From positions 88,722,001 to 88,786,000 of the forward strand of contig OX597817.1 of NCBI GenBank assembly GCA_951406725.2: 64,000 bases of DNA, written 5' to 3'. A program made the translations under genes and the position numbers. This DNA is from Octopus vulgaris. Its lineage: Eukaryota. Below are positions 52,014-63,545 of this stretch, piece after piece (the first letter of the stretch is position 1; the number at the start of each line of letters is the position of its first letter). The notes beneath the pieces are model-generated. The model had not been told where the DNA came from. It made no database searches and saw only the letters and a list, made by a program, of their open reading frames with translations.

Positions 52014-52192
52014 GTATATATACATACACCTACCTACATTCTTTAGTGAAAAAATTTGTCACACAAAATTACTAAAAGCTTAAATGCTGGACTTCGAACC
52101 TTTTACATGTATATTATCAAAGCAAAAAGATTAAATCTAATATCAAAAGCAATAAATATACTTTCACACCATGTGCTTACTTAGCAAAACTG

Positions 52193-52226
<34 letters not shown>

Positions 52227-52484
52227 ATATACATGCACATATATATGCTGTGTGTGTGTGTGTGTGTATTTGTATCTATGTACGTATCTGTACTTGTTCT
52301 ATGTTCACACCACAGCTTGACGACCGGTGCTGGTTTGCTTACTTCTCTTTTATCTTGCTCTTCGGGAAAAGAGATAGATAGAATAAGTAGCAGACCTAGA
52401 AATAAATACAAGGATTCATTTATTCGACTAAATCCATCAAGGCGGTGTCTTAGCATGATCACAGCCCCATCGCTGAAACAAATA

Positions 52485-52522
<38 letters not shown>

Positions 52523-52524
<2 letters not shown>

Positions 52525-52782
52525 AGGCGCCATGGCCCAGTGGTTAGGGCAGCGGACTCGCGGTCGTAGGATCGCGGTTTCGATTCCCAGCCCGAGCGCT
52601 GTGAGTGTTTATTGAGCGAAAATACCTAAAAGCTCCACGATGCTCCGGCAGAGGGTGGCGGCGATTCCTGCTGTACTCTTTCGCCTCAACTTTCTCTCAC
52701 TCTTTCTTCTGTTGGTCTGCTCGCTTAGCCAGCGGGGTGGCGTCATTTGAAGGCTAAAACAATGCGAAGCGCATTGTGACCA
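52523..52782 (+). mobile_element. tRNA-derived SINE (separate family)
   Basis: GGCGCCATGGCCCAGTGGTTAGGGCAGCGGACTCGCGGTC..GGTTTCGATTCCC provides A and B boxes, followed by an unrelated body. Confidence 0.75.
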
Positions 52783-52794
52783 TATATATATATT

Positions 52795-53735
52795 GCTGTC
52801 TATATTGTGTACATCTTTAGTATGCTACGTTACGGCCGTGAAACGTGGAGCCTTTACTCCAGACAAAAGCGACGTCTCATCGTCTAACGCCCTCGTAATT
52901 TAAGACGCATCTTGGATATCAAGTGGACTGACCACATCACCAACACCCAAGTCCTCAGCCGCGCCATGATATCCATGATATACTTACCCTGCTTCAGCAA
53001 AGTCGTCCGCGCTGGCTCGATCATGTACACCGCATGCCGGACATGAGTATAGTGATTGTCAGTAAGTGACATCCTATAATTTTATAATTGCATGCGAGAA
53101 AGAGGGGTCACCATCTTGTACGTAAAGGACAAGAAAATAAGAATTCGTAAGATGTTCGTAATAAGTCATAACATATTTATTACTGGATATAATGCGTTAA
53201 CATATAAGGTTAATTGAAGGAAAAGCTTGTAACATCACATGAACATATTCTGCAACCACATGTCTCAAAGCAAATAAGGTGAACATCCGCGCGTGCGGTT
53301 GTGTATGCGAGTGGCCTGACTCAATGCATGTCTAGGATCCGACAGGCAAGAGTGGCGCGAAATTAAAATATGTTCCTTTATATAAGGGATGATCCGGAAG
53401 TCCCTGATTTCCACGTCATCTGGAAGTTATTTGGAAGCTTCTGGAATGTTCGAGAATTTTCGAGAAGGTCGAGGGAGATTACTCTCGTTAGGTCCCTTTT
53501 TCGTTTTGCATTCCTGCTTGACCGGGGTCACTACAGGAGGATCCCAAGAGGCGGAAGGAAAACCAGTAGCGCCGGCAGAGGGCTCCTTCAAATGCAGTCG
53601 CTATATGCGTGACTGCACTCTCGTGTGGGCCTCTACAGCCACAGCAGATGTTACACTACTATCAGCGGCTGATACGATTTCTTCGGGCGCAGATCCATGG
53701 TTTCTCGAGACCAACGGATGCCTACTACAACTATA
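52795..53735 (+). mobile_element. RTE/BovB-like LINE 3' fragment interrupted by a solo LTR
   Basis: LRYGRETWSLYSRQKRRL..LRRILDIKWTDHITNTQVLSRA..RWLDHVHRMPD, then after the insertion RIP..FKCSRYMRDC/HSRVGLYSHSR (C2H2-like) and a 3' tail. Confidence 0.8.
53048..53535 (-). mobile_element. Solo LTR (488 bp), probably Gypsy-type
   Basis: Termini TaTAGTGA...TCACTACA; 4-bp TSD TGAG/GGAG. Minus-strand TATATAAA at about 53377-53385 and AATAAA at 53176-53181. It splits the RTE RMPD-GRIPK motif. Confidence 0.7.
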
Positions 53736-53967
53736 TAATGTAATAAAGCTGATTATAAATATCAACAATATGGTTAAGGGAAAATACTGAGAGGAATATT
53801 CTGCAGTAAAGATTATTTGCCAACATAAACTGGCAGTCCTGGTTTAGGACGAATGTTGCTGTAATTTAGCCCCTGGACACCTCATCTCCAGCTGGCTATA
53901 CGTCATGATCTGTGTCCTTATATTTTCGAACAAGGTATTTAGCATCCTCACTCAGCTCAAAACAATA

Positions 53968-54012
53968 CCCGTGTATCGCGATTTCGGGGTTATTTCCTTT
54001 CATCAGCACAGA
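53968..54012 (-). ncRNA. Minimal type I hammerhead ribozyme motif with canonical core
   Basis: Minus strand: TCTGTG CTGATGA aaGGaaataaCCcc GAAA TCGCGA TA CACGGG. Stem I is 6 bp, stem III is the palindrome ATCGCGAT, and the triplet is AUA. Stem II has only 2 bp in this copy. Confidence 0.72.
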
Positions 54013-54224
54013 ATAATTGTTCGGCTAGAGGTGGCACTGCTAAATTATTCCGCGCGTTGACTACACATACGGCAGGGACTAAACTGAGAGTTTAAGCGTT
54101 TGTTAGACAAATCGGTTACGAGACAGAAACATCCTCCAGGAAAAGCAAGGCAGATAATTCCAACAAGTTCAAGCACACTTCCCTGAGATGATTTCCTTCG
54201 GACGTATTGATATTGTTAATGAGC

Positions 54225-54255
<31 letters not shown>

Positions 54256-55007
54256 TGTATGTATGTATGTATGTATGTATGTATGTATGCATGTATGTAT
54301 GCATGTATGCATGTATGTATGTATGTATATATGTCAGTCTTATATCAAAATTCCTTGCCAATAGAGAAAGAGCCGGTTTCTAACCTAGATCCAAGGCTCC
54401 TCCATTGGAATTTCAACAACATCAACAGGCTATGTATGTATGTTCTTCTCTTTCTCTTTTTAATTTTAGAATAAATTTTAACCAGCCACCTGCTTGGTAG
54501 CAAGGTTGTAAAGGAAAGAATCTTGTTGAAATCATCATCCTTTAAATCTTAAGGATGTCTTGCAGATTTTTATAGTCCCTGATATCGCAATCATTTTTGT
54601 ATGTATGTATGTATGTATGTATGTATGTATGTATGTATGTATGCATGTGTGTGTATGTGTGCATGCATGTATGTATTAATGCTTGTTGCAATGCGTAGTT
54701 ATATATAAAAACTGTCGCACATTAATTATAGTCTTACATATACTTTTACAAGAGAATAGGATCACAGTTACTTCAAAACTTCACCAAACATAATTTCGTC
54801 TGATGAAGCCACAACCTGTGAAACTTCATTGTCAATTATTCCTTGTGTGTGTGTGTGTGTGCGCGCGTGTTGTGTGTGTGCGCGCGCGCGTGTGTATCCC
54901 ACTTGGATTTACGGCAATGTAATAGCGCGTTGAGGTGTAATGACGTGTTATTAACTGAGGTCTTAATTATAGCGGATTTACTTTTTGATGTTTATGCATC
55001 AATTCTC

Positions 55008-55214
<207 letters not shown>

Positions 55215-55217
<3 letters not shown>

Positions 55218-56888
55218 AGCAGTATCGCCCGGCGTTGCTCGGGTTTGTAAGGGAAATAACTATATAAACATTTTTAGAGAGTTATAGCCAAAAAATAGCA
55301 AATAAATGCATTAAAAATGGAAAAAAAATTAAGGTAAATTTTTTTTTTAATCGTTGACACATCGTAGATATTTTTAGAGAGTTACTTCCCTTATATAATA
55401 GCGAAAAAATGCATTAAAATGGAAAAATATGATGGTAAATTTTTTTAAAATCGTAGACTCATCGTAGACGCGCGCTAATACCCAGAAGGGCTCGATATGA
55501 ATCACGACTATAAGATACCCGGTTTTGGTTAAACTGCACCGCAAAATGTGGGAGTAGTTACGAATCTAAATCGTAGGAGACAGACACTCAACTTCACTTT
55601 TATATATAAAGATATAAGCCACGTAGTTATATACACATACTTTGTTATATACACATTCTTAAAAGAAAATGTTATTTTGAACACAACATTTATAAAGAAT
55701 AAAATATTTTTTGGTTTTTCTTTTAAACGGATGCATACATTTATTAATAACTATATATAAGTGCCGTCTGTTTATACATAAACACTGTTTCATACTGCAA
55801 TTATATATTTCATATATCTATATATAATATTATATAATAAAATATATACAGAATATGTGTATATATTTATGTATGTATAAATATATACTGAAAGACGCTC
55901 GGCTCGCCAATTAATACTACCAAAATTTAACGACAAAAAGTAAATTAAAAACCAATTTACCTTTTCTGTATTGTTATGGCAATTCGACCGTCGGTGTGTT
56001 TTTGCAAATGTGTTCGAATGAGAAGTGAGTTGTGTTTGGCGCCTTTTTTACTAATAACAAACACACACGTGTCTGTATGTAGTTGTTTGAAACGTTTGTG
56101 TTTGTCACTGTCATATATGTATGTGTATGCGTGTGTGTGAGGAATGGCAAACCAGATAGATAGTGCGCGAATTTCTTTTGAAGTTCGCGCTCCGCTTGTG
56201 TGTGTGTGTGTGCGTGCTTTAGGTGTACGTAGGTATGTGTACTCTCTCTGTCTCTTTACACACACTAACAAAAGCACTTCACTTACACACCACACTTTCT
56301 GTGTCGCACATCCCATCAAACACACACACGCACACACACTCACGCACGCACACATGTACATCAATGCTTTCGGAGTGAAATGTTAAAATATTGAGTTTTC
56401 TCGAATTTTGTCTTAATTGGGGGTGAAATTGAAAGAAATTTTGTATGGCATGACCGAATGAAAGTACTTTGAAAAATCATAGGTAAACTCTAATTGAAGA
56501 AATTGTGTGAGGAGTAAATCGTTATGTATTTATTTGTTTCTGTTTGCTGTGTTTTTTTTTAGTAGTGGTTTAAGGTACACTTGCAAAGAGAAAGTGGGAG
56601 AAATTAGGGTGATAGCGTGAGTGAAGCAGATCGCTCCGTTTTTGTGTGTGTGCGTGTGTGTGTGCTGTAGCCCACACTAAGAAAAGCACTTTACTTACAC
56701 ACCACAATGTGAGTTTTCTCTAAATTTTGCTTAATTGGGGTTGAAATTTTAAAAACCGGACCTGGCACGACCCGATGCATTCTACTCTTAAAAATGCTAG
56801 GTAAATTGTAATTGAAGAAATCCTATATTGTAGATTTCTATAAGAGACAAAGGGAGGCAGATAAAATCTGCCTTTTATAATAAGAGAT
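55215..56888 (+). mobile_element. HINE unit (55215-55613) followed by a second Helentron-like segment
   Basis: Same 5' end as 49905. The second segment ends in hairpin GGCAGATaaaATCTGCC plus TTTTATAATAAGAGAT and is shared with 58458-58908. Confidence 0.65.
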
Positions 56889-56989
56889 ATATAATAAATG
56901 CCAAAACGAATTTCTGTGTGTCAGTGTGGCGCACTTTGACCCCCTTTCTCTCTATTCAATGACACTTCTACTATTCCTCCTACTGGGGT

Positions 56990-57304
56990 GATAGTAATAG
57001 TATGAGCTGTAGTTGTGATAGATGCGGAGGCGACGATGATGATGATGGCGGTGGTGGCGGTGGTGGTGGTGGTGGTGGTGGTGGTAGCCGAGGCGTTAGG
57101 GATGACGGTGATAGTGAGCGATGTGAAAGGCAGTGGTAATAGTGGTGGAGGGGAAGGCGGCGAAGTCAAAGGTAGTGATGGTGGCGGCATCAGAAGTCTG
57201 AATGGTGTGTGTATAGCAGTTGTGGTAGCGATGGTGGTGGTACTGGTGATGGTGATGGTTGAAAACAATCAACAGAAAGAGAGAGAGAGAGGGAGAGATA
57301 GAGA

Positions 57305-57359
<55 letters not shown>

Positions 57360-57360
57360 G
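56990..57360. repeat. Low-complexity (GGT/GAT)n region plus (GA)n
   Basis: Degenerate trinucleotide repeats that produce poly-V and poly-T pseudo-ORFs. Confidence 0.85.
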
Positions 57361-57401
57361 TTAGACAGAAAAAAAAGTTGTACTGATCTCCGAATGGGAA
57401 G

Positions 57402-57723
57402 GCAAAAAAATGTTTATCGTGCAGCTTTGCAATAAGTTCCAAGTCAACAAACTATATCATTATTTTGATGAAAATTGTTCATTGCTTGAAAAATATTGTT
57501 CAAGTTTAATAAAATTTAATATGTACTCAATGCATGAAGTTTTATTGTTGGGCCCCAGGCCCAATGAGGAGCTCTCCACAGGAGCTAGCTTAAAAGCCGC
57601 CCTGTCAGGGCGGCTTTTAAGTTTGTAAACAGGTTGCGAAGGGTATTTGAGGACAGTTTTGGTATACAATAAAACAATTATATTTCAGTATAAATAAAAA
57701 TGTGTTTGAATAAACATTTGTGC
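57402..57723. repeat. Palindrome-rich element with nested inverted repeats
   Basis: 16-bp arms at 57589-57604 and 57606-57621; enclosing pairs GTTTTATTGT/ACAATAAAAC and AAATGTTTAT/ATAAACATTT. Confidence 0.6.
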
Positions 57724-57734
57724 AATTAGTCTTG

Positions 57735-58130
57735 ACTAGCAGTATCGCCCGGCGTTGCTCGGTTTGTAAGGGAAATAACTATATAAGCATTTTTAGAGAG
57801 TTATAGCCAAAAAATAGCAAAAAAAATGCATTAAAAATTGAAAAAAAATTAAGGTAAATTTTTTTAAATCGTTGACACATCGTAGATATTTTTAGAGAGT
57901 TACTTCCCTTATATAAAAGCGAAAAAAATGCATTAAAATGGAAAAATATGATGGTAAATTTTTTTAAAATCGTAGACTCATCGTAGACGCGCGCTAATAC
58001 CCAGAAGGGCTCGATATGAATCACGACTATAAGATACCCGCTTTTGGTTAAACTGCACCGCAAAATGTGGGAGTAATTACGAATGTAAATCGAAGGGGAC
58101 AGACACACAACTTCACTCTTATATAAAGAT
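57735..58130 (+). mobile_element. HINE unit
   Basis: Near-identical to 55215-55613. Confidence 0.8.
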
Positions 58131-58454
58131 GCTTTTTTTTTCAGTCATAGAGTTAGATTTATGAAGGTCTTCAGTAGAAAATCCTTCGAATTCTGACTCG
58201 CTGCTTGATATAATGAAATTCGTATCCATTTTTTGTCAGAATTACAAATTTTGAAAACACAATAGGAACAAATTTCGGAAAAAAATCTCCCATAATTCAC
58301 GGAATTAAAATTACACTTCGATTTTTGTACAAAACTGTATTTGAAGTGTTTACGAAGTATAATACGTGTTTTCACGAATGTACTAAAGAGATTTACTCTG
58401 ATATTCTCATTTAAATATGAATAGGTAAATTCGGGCGGTTTGGTAACGAAAGAG
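58131..58454 (-). mobile_element. Left-end fragment of the same piggyBac family as 1443-2152
   Basis: Reverse complement of about 1520-1820 (includes the transposase ATG region), ending in TAACGAAAGAG-TTTA. Confidence 0.85.
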
Positions 58455-58927
58455 TTTATATAAGTGTCGTCTGTTTATACATAAACACTGTTTCATAGTT
58501 TCAGTTTAGTCTTCCTCAAATCACTGTCGCTAATTTACTCTCTTCCAAGAACATTTTCACTCACTGTTATCTGTTAGCTTCCCATACATTTTACTCATGT
58601 ATCTATCAGCGTGATAGACAGAAACAAATATTACATTTACTTTCATTTTATTCGTTGCCCACTGTGTGTGTGCGTTTGCGTGTGGTGTAAACCAGACTAA
58701 GAAAAGCATTTGACACACACACCAGAATGTGAGTTTTCTGTAAATTTTGCTTAATTGGAGTTTAAATTTTAAAAACTGGACCTGGCATGACGCGATGCAT
58801 TGTACTCTCAAAACTGCTAGGTAAATTGTAATTGAAGAAATCCTATATTGTAGATTTCTATAACTCCCAAAGGGAGGCAGATAAAATCTGCCTTTTATAA
58901 TAAGAGATAATGATTTTTTAAGCAACT

Positions 58928-59640
58928 TATTCTATGAAACCGCCTTCGGCTTCGATGACTGCTTCAATGCGAGATCGAAACCGCATGCTGGGACTATACG
59001 GTCCTTATTCATTTCGGACATCACCTGGACAATGGCGGCCTTTAGTGAGGCTATGGTATTATGAGGATGACGATTATTTTCCCTTTCAACAGTGCTCCAC
59101 GCGTAGTAGTCCATGGGGTTCAAATCTGGCGAGATTGGAGGCTACATATTGGGTGTTACCTAATCGTAAAGATTGTCTGACAACCATTCTTGAGTGACTA
59201 GGGCTTTGAGAAGATGCTGAATCTTGTTGAAACATGTATGGCCTTCCATTGCGTGCTTCATCAATCGAAGGCTTGATAACAGTTTCCAGTACCTTAATGT
59301 ATCCTGCAGCATTAGTTCTAAGACCCCGTGGAAAGAAGTGGGGAGGCATTACAGAGCCTTCGCTACTCACCGCTCCTAAAACCATCACAGTTGCTGGAAA
59401 TTTCTTATGCATTACTCTGGGTACTTCGGAAGGATCTACACATAACCACCTGTCATTCCTTCTGTTAGACTTTTGAACCTGGTCAAAGTTTTTTTCGTCA
59501 GAGAAAAACCAAAGCATACCTTGTTCACGAGGGTTTTTTTCACTTTGTTAAGTAACCGTTTTGAACGGATGAGACGGTTTTCTTGTGTCTTTGCGGATAC
59601 GAATTGGCCTTTCCTGATTACATAGGATTAGTATCGAATG
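58928..59640 (-). mobile_element. Tc1/mariner transposase pseudogene (maT/DD37D-like)
   Basis: WFFSDEKNF..NRRNDRW..KFPATVMVLGAVSSEG..FQQDSA, then a frameshift, then SPDLNPMDYYAWSTVE..HNTIASLKAAI..EAVIEAEGGFIE. Confidence 0.88.
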
Positions 59641-59644
59641 TCAC

Positions 59645-60125
59645 CAATTTATTATTGTCATATAATAAACAAACAGAAGTTCGTGTATGAAATCCATCTT
59701 TTTTCTTCTTCAATTATTACATGTTTTCTCTTATAAAATACACACATACAGGAGGAGTAAACCTAAATCTGTAGTGGTACTCTCACCCTGGTTCAGATTC
59801 GAAACTTTATGTAGGAGCAATTAGTGTGGGAGCAAAAGCAAATCTTTTTGCTTATGCTCCCCGAAGTGAAACGAAAACTATTGTTTATAAAAAAAATATT
59901 CACTTTTAATGCAACATGAATACTTCAGTAACTTAATTTGCCATAACTGGCATTACATTCAAGAATCAAATCGATCGATTTTTCTACTTCAATTATTACA
60001 TGTTTTTCTCTTATAAAATACACACATACAAGAGGAGTAAATTATATATATAATAATACTTTGAATGTGTCTCCCGAGAAACAATAAAAGCAATTATCCG
60101 ATCAACGACGGGTATTGCTGCTAGT
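59645..60125 (-). mobile_element. HINE-like element 5' part with an internal direct repeat of about 55 bp
   Basis: Minus strand begins ACTAGCAGCAATACCCGTCGTTGATCGG. CTTCAATTATTACATG..GAGGAGTAAA occurs at about 59708 and 59987. Confidence 0.5.
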
Positions 60126-60176
<51 letters not shown>

Positions 60177-60488
60177 CTACTTTTTCTAATGTATCCTCTA
60201 ATTTAAGTTGGTTAGGTGCGGTTTGTATGAGTTTGGCCGCTTCATTTAGCAGAATGAGCGATTATGTACCAACTACCTGTCCAGCAAAATTGTCAACAAA
60301 TGAGCGATATTTACTTTCCTCTTCCTCTTTTTCCCTTTACGCTTCCCTCTCCTCCTCTAACTCACATTTTCTATCCTAAATCTACAGACTAGGAGGCTGA
60401 GATAACAGGTTAGTCAATTCTCATTACTTTAGTGAAGTGAATACCTTTTAACTTTCTTAGAGAGGGTGATAAAAGAAATTTGCATTAG

Positions 60489-60519
<31 letters not shown>

Positions 60520-60568
60520 TGTATGTATGTATGTATGTATGTATGTATGTATGTATGTATGTATGTAT

Positions 60569-60964
60569 AGGGCGGAGGAACTCTTGAGAGTCAACGGCCA
60601 TCCAATAAATGTCTTAAAGCTGTATCATGCGCGAGGACATAGAAATGATCGGATTGAATACCCGATCGCGCAGTTAAACCATTGGGAGTGAAGGACTCCT
60701 AGCCTTTGTCAGGGCATCCTTCTAGGAGAAGGCAACTCAGGTGACTGGGATAACTCCGACATACAACCTGCGGCTCAGTGGTTACCGATGATGTTGACTT
60801 GTTCTTCTTTTCGGATTATGGCTACTGTTGCTTAGTGAGTGGGATTGACTCAGTACACAGCCTTTCCTCACTTTAAAAATATGTCCTTGCACAGGCATTG
60901 CACGATAACAACATTGATTAAGCTTCGTGAAATGGCCATACTCGATAACGAGGGGGCAGCCACC
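60569..60964 (+). mobile_element. Non-autonomous retroelement of about 395 bp between (TATG)n tracts
   Basis: GGGCATCCTTCTAGGAGAAGGCAACTC resembles the RTE 5'-UTR motif (recalled, not aligned). (ATGT)n flanks both sides. Confidence 0.45.
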
Positions 60965-61064
60965 ATGTATGTATGTATGTATGTATGTATGTATGTATGT
61001 ATGTATGTATGTATGTATTTATATATGACGGAACGCACGCATCCATTTCTAAGTAAGTTTGTTC

Positions 61065-61109
<45 letters not shown>

Positions 61110-61110
<1 letters not shown>

Positions 61111-62928
61111 TAATAAGCCATCCCCATCAGAAGAGGAATATTCCAGGGAGACACGCTCTCTCCACTCCTTTTCTGCTTGGCACTGTCACCTCTATGCTAA
61201 ATAGAACTGGATGCGGATATAAATGTTACGGCAAAACGATCAGCCACCTTTTATATATGGATGACATAAAACTATGCGCTGCAAATGACAAACAGCTAGA
61301 AACACTATTAAATACAGTTCATGCATTTACCAAAGAAATAGATATGAAATTTGGATTAGAAAAATGCGCCAAAGTAACCTTGAAAAGAGGAAAACTAGTT
61401 AAGAGTAGCAACATCACACTAGATAAAACCAATGAAATAAAAGAATTAGACCAAAGCCAAACTTACAAATACTTAGGAATCCATGAACTAGATAAGACAC
61501 AACACACACAAATGAAAGAGAAAATAAAAAAAGAATATTATAGACGAGTTAGATCAATACTAAAAACAGAGCTCAATGCTAAAAACAAGATAATAGGTAT
61601 TAACACTTTAGCTGTCCCAGTTATAAGTTACAGCTACAATATCCTTAACTGGACACTAAATGAACTGACCAAAATAGATAGGAAAAACAAGAAAAATAAT
61701 GACAGGATCTAGGATGCTTCACCCAAAACCTGACATAGAAAGACTATATATACAAGGTATAGAAGGTGGTAGAGGCATTATACAGCTGGAAAACTACTAT
61801 AAAATAACCACCATAGGACTGCAAAAATATCTACTTCAGAAGGAAGGAAAACTGATACAAATAGCGGCAAAACACGAGCAAAACAAAAACTGTTCTCAGT
61901 ATTTAAAGAAGCTGACAAATACAAACAAGAAATCATACCACCTAATAAACACAAGAAGAAGAAGAAGAAGATGAAGAAACAATAAAAGCTATAAAACAAA
62001 TGAAATCCAAACTAAAAATAGAACAGCAACGAACCATGATAAAACGATGGCAAGAAAAGCCCCTTCATAGCAAATACTGGACTAAACTAAATGCAAAAGA
62101 AATAGACAAAGAAAAATCCCAGCAATGGTTGAGAAGCTCAGGACTCAAAGCAGAGACAGAGGGATTTTTAATTGCAGCACAAGACCAAAGCCTCCCCACC
62201 AGAAATTACCAAAAACATGTAATGAAAAGAAATATAACAAGTAACTGCAGAATATGTGGAGATGGACAAGAAACAATAAATCATATTATCTCTAGCTGCC
62301 CAGTCCTGGCTAAGAAGGAATATATTCACAGATATGACAGAGTTGGAACCTACATACATTGGAAGCTATGCCAACATTATGGAATAACAACAGAGAAAAG
62401 ATGGTATAGGCATACACCAGAAAAGGTTACAGAAAACGAGAAAGCAACCATACTCTGGGATATGCTGATACACACAGATAGAGAAATTAAGGCCAACAGA
62501 CCAGATATAGTTGTCAAAGATCATGAAGAAAAAAATGCTTTCTAATTGATGTATCAATACCGGCAGATGACAACGTGTCTCTAAAAGAAATGGAGAAACT
62601 CTCAAAATACAAAGACCTGGAAATAGAGGTAACCAGAATGTGGAATCTAAAAACAAAAACAATTCCTATCATAGTTGGTGCATTAGGCATGATAAAAAAA
62701 TATTCAGACAAATACATAACAAAAACACCAGGACTTACAAACACATATAACATACAGAAAATTGCACTACTAGGCACTTCACACATCCTACGCAGAAAAC
62801 TTTCCATTCAATAACCATCAGAGCATCACAACAAATCACAGCACATACCTAAGGCACACAGAGCTGCGCTCGGTAGTGAAGTGAAAGCACGCTATAAAAA
62901 TAAAACTACTGAATAATAATAATAATAA
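61110..62928 (+). mobile_element. 5'-truncated R4/Dong-like LINE (RT plus restriction-like endonuclease) with frameshifts
   Basis: HLLYMDDIKL, FGLEKC, YKYLG, GGRGI, CRICGDGQETINHIISSC (CCHC), RYDRVG, RPDIV, LIDVSIP, EKLSKY and IVGALG motifs across ORFs 61059-61712, 61699-61974, 62000-62545 and 62575-62814. (AAT)n at both ends. Confidence 0.92.
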
Positions 62929-62929
62929 A

Positions 62930-63172
62930 TGCGCCGTTTTAAAGCCTAGCCAGGCATATGGGCCCGGTTTCCCGGTTTCAATGGCGTATGTGTTCCCCAG
63001 CTGGACGGGACGCCGGTCCATCGCAGCGTTACTCATTTTTGTCAGCTGAGTGGACTGGAGCAACGTGAAATGAAATGTTTTGCTCAAGAACACAACGCGT
63101 CGCAAGGTCCAGGAATCGAAACCACAATCTTACGGTCATGATGCTGACACCCTAACCACTAAGCCACGCGCT
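62930..63172 (-). mobile_element. tRNA-derived SINE (family B-type head)
   Basis: Minus strand GCGCGTGGCTTAGTGGTTAGGG..GTTTCGATTCC..TTCTTGAGCAA..TTTCACGTTGCTCCAGTCCACTCAGCTG. Confidence 0.85.
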
Positions 63173-63337
63173 TCCTCACACACACACACACTGAGGTTAT
63201 GAGAGGTAATGGTGTCAAGAAGACCCAAAGGTGTCAGGTAATGTTGGGTAAGTGCTATGGATAAGCTCCAGGTTCAGTGATTATGCGAATGAGGAGTCCA
63301 ACGTAGGTCCTATATCAGCATGCTTATATATATAAAC

Positions 63338-63394
63338 AATTAACAGAATGAGATAAAAATCCATCACAGCCTTGGATTTCTATCCCATTCTGTC

Positions 63395-63398
<4 letters not shown>
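63338..63398. repeat. 26-bp inverted repeat with a 9-nt loop inside (TA)n
   Basis: AATTAACAGAATGAGATAAAAATCCA / TGGATTTCTATCCCATTCTGTCAATT; 3 mismatches. Confidence 0.85.
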
Positions 63399-63453
<55 letters not shown>

Positions 63454-63545
63454 TAATCCAAACAAGAAAACAAAAAGACAACAACGCGAGGATGTGGAAC
63501 AAATAAAGTATTATTGGACGCTCAGGAAAGAAGGGAAGAAGGAAG

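Noticed and set aside
54362-54412. Minus-strand GAAACCGG with an upstream stem (AGCCT/AGGTT), hammerhead-like
   Set aside because: The upstream core reads CCAATGG and U16.1 is missing; too far from consensus to call.
56921-57386. Thr/Pro-rich and Val/Gly-rich ORFs, plus the many [11 protein letters not shown] and poly-N/I ORFs elsewhere
   Set aside because: Translations of microsatellites with no domain or splice support.
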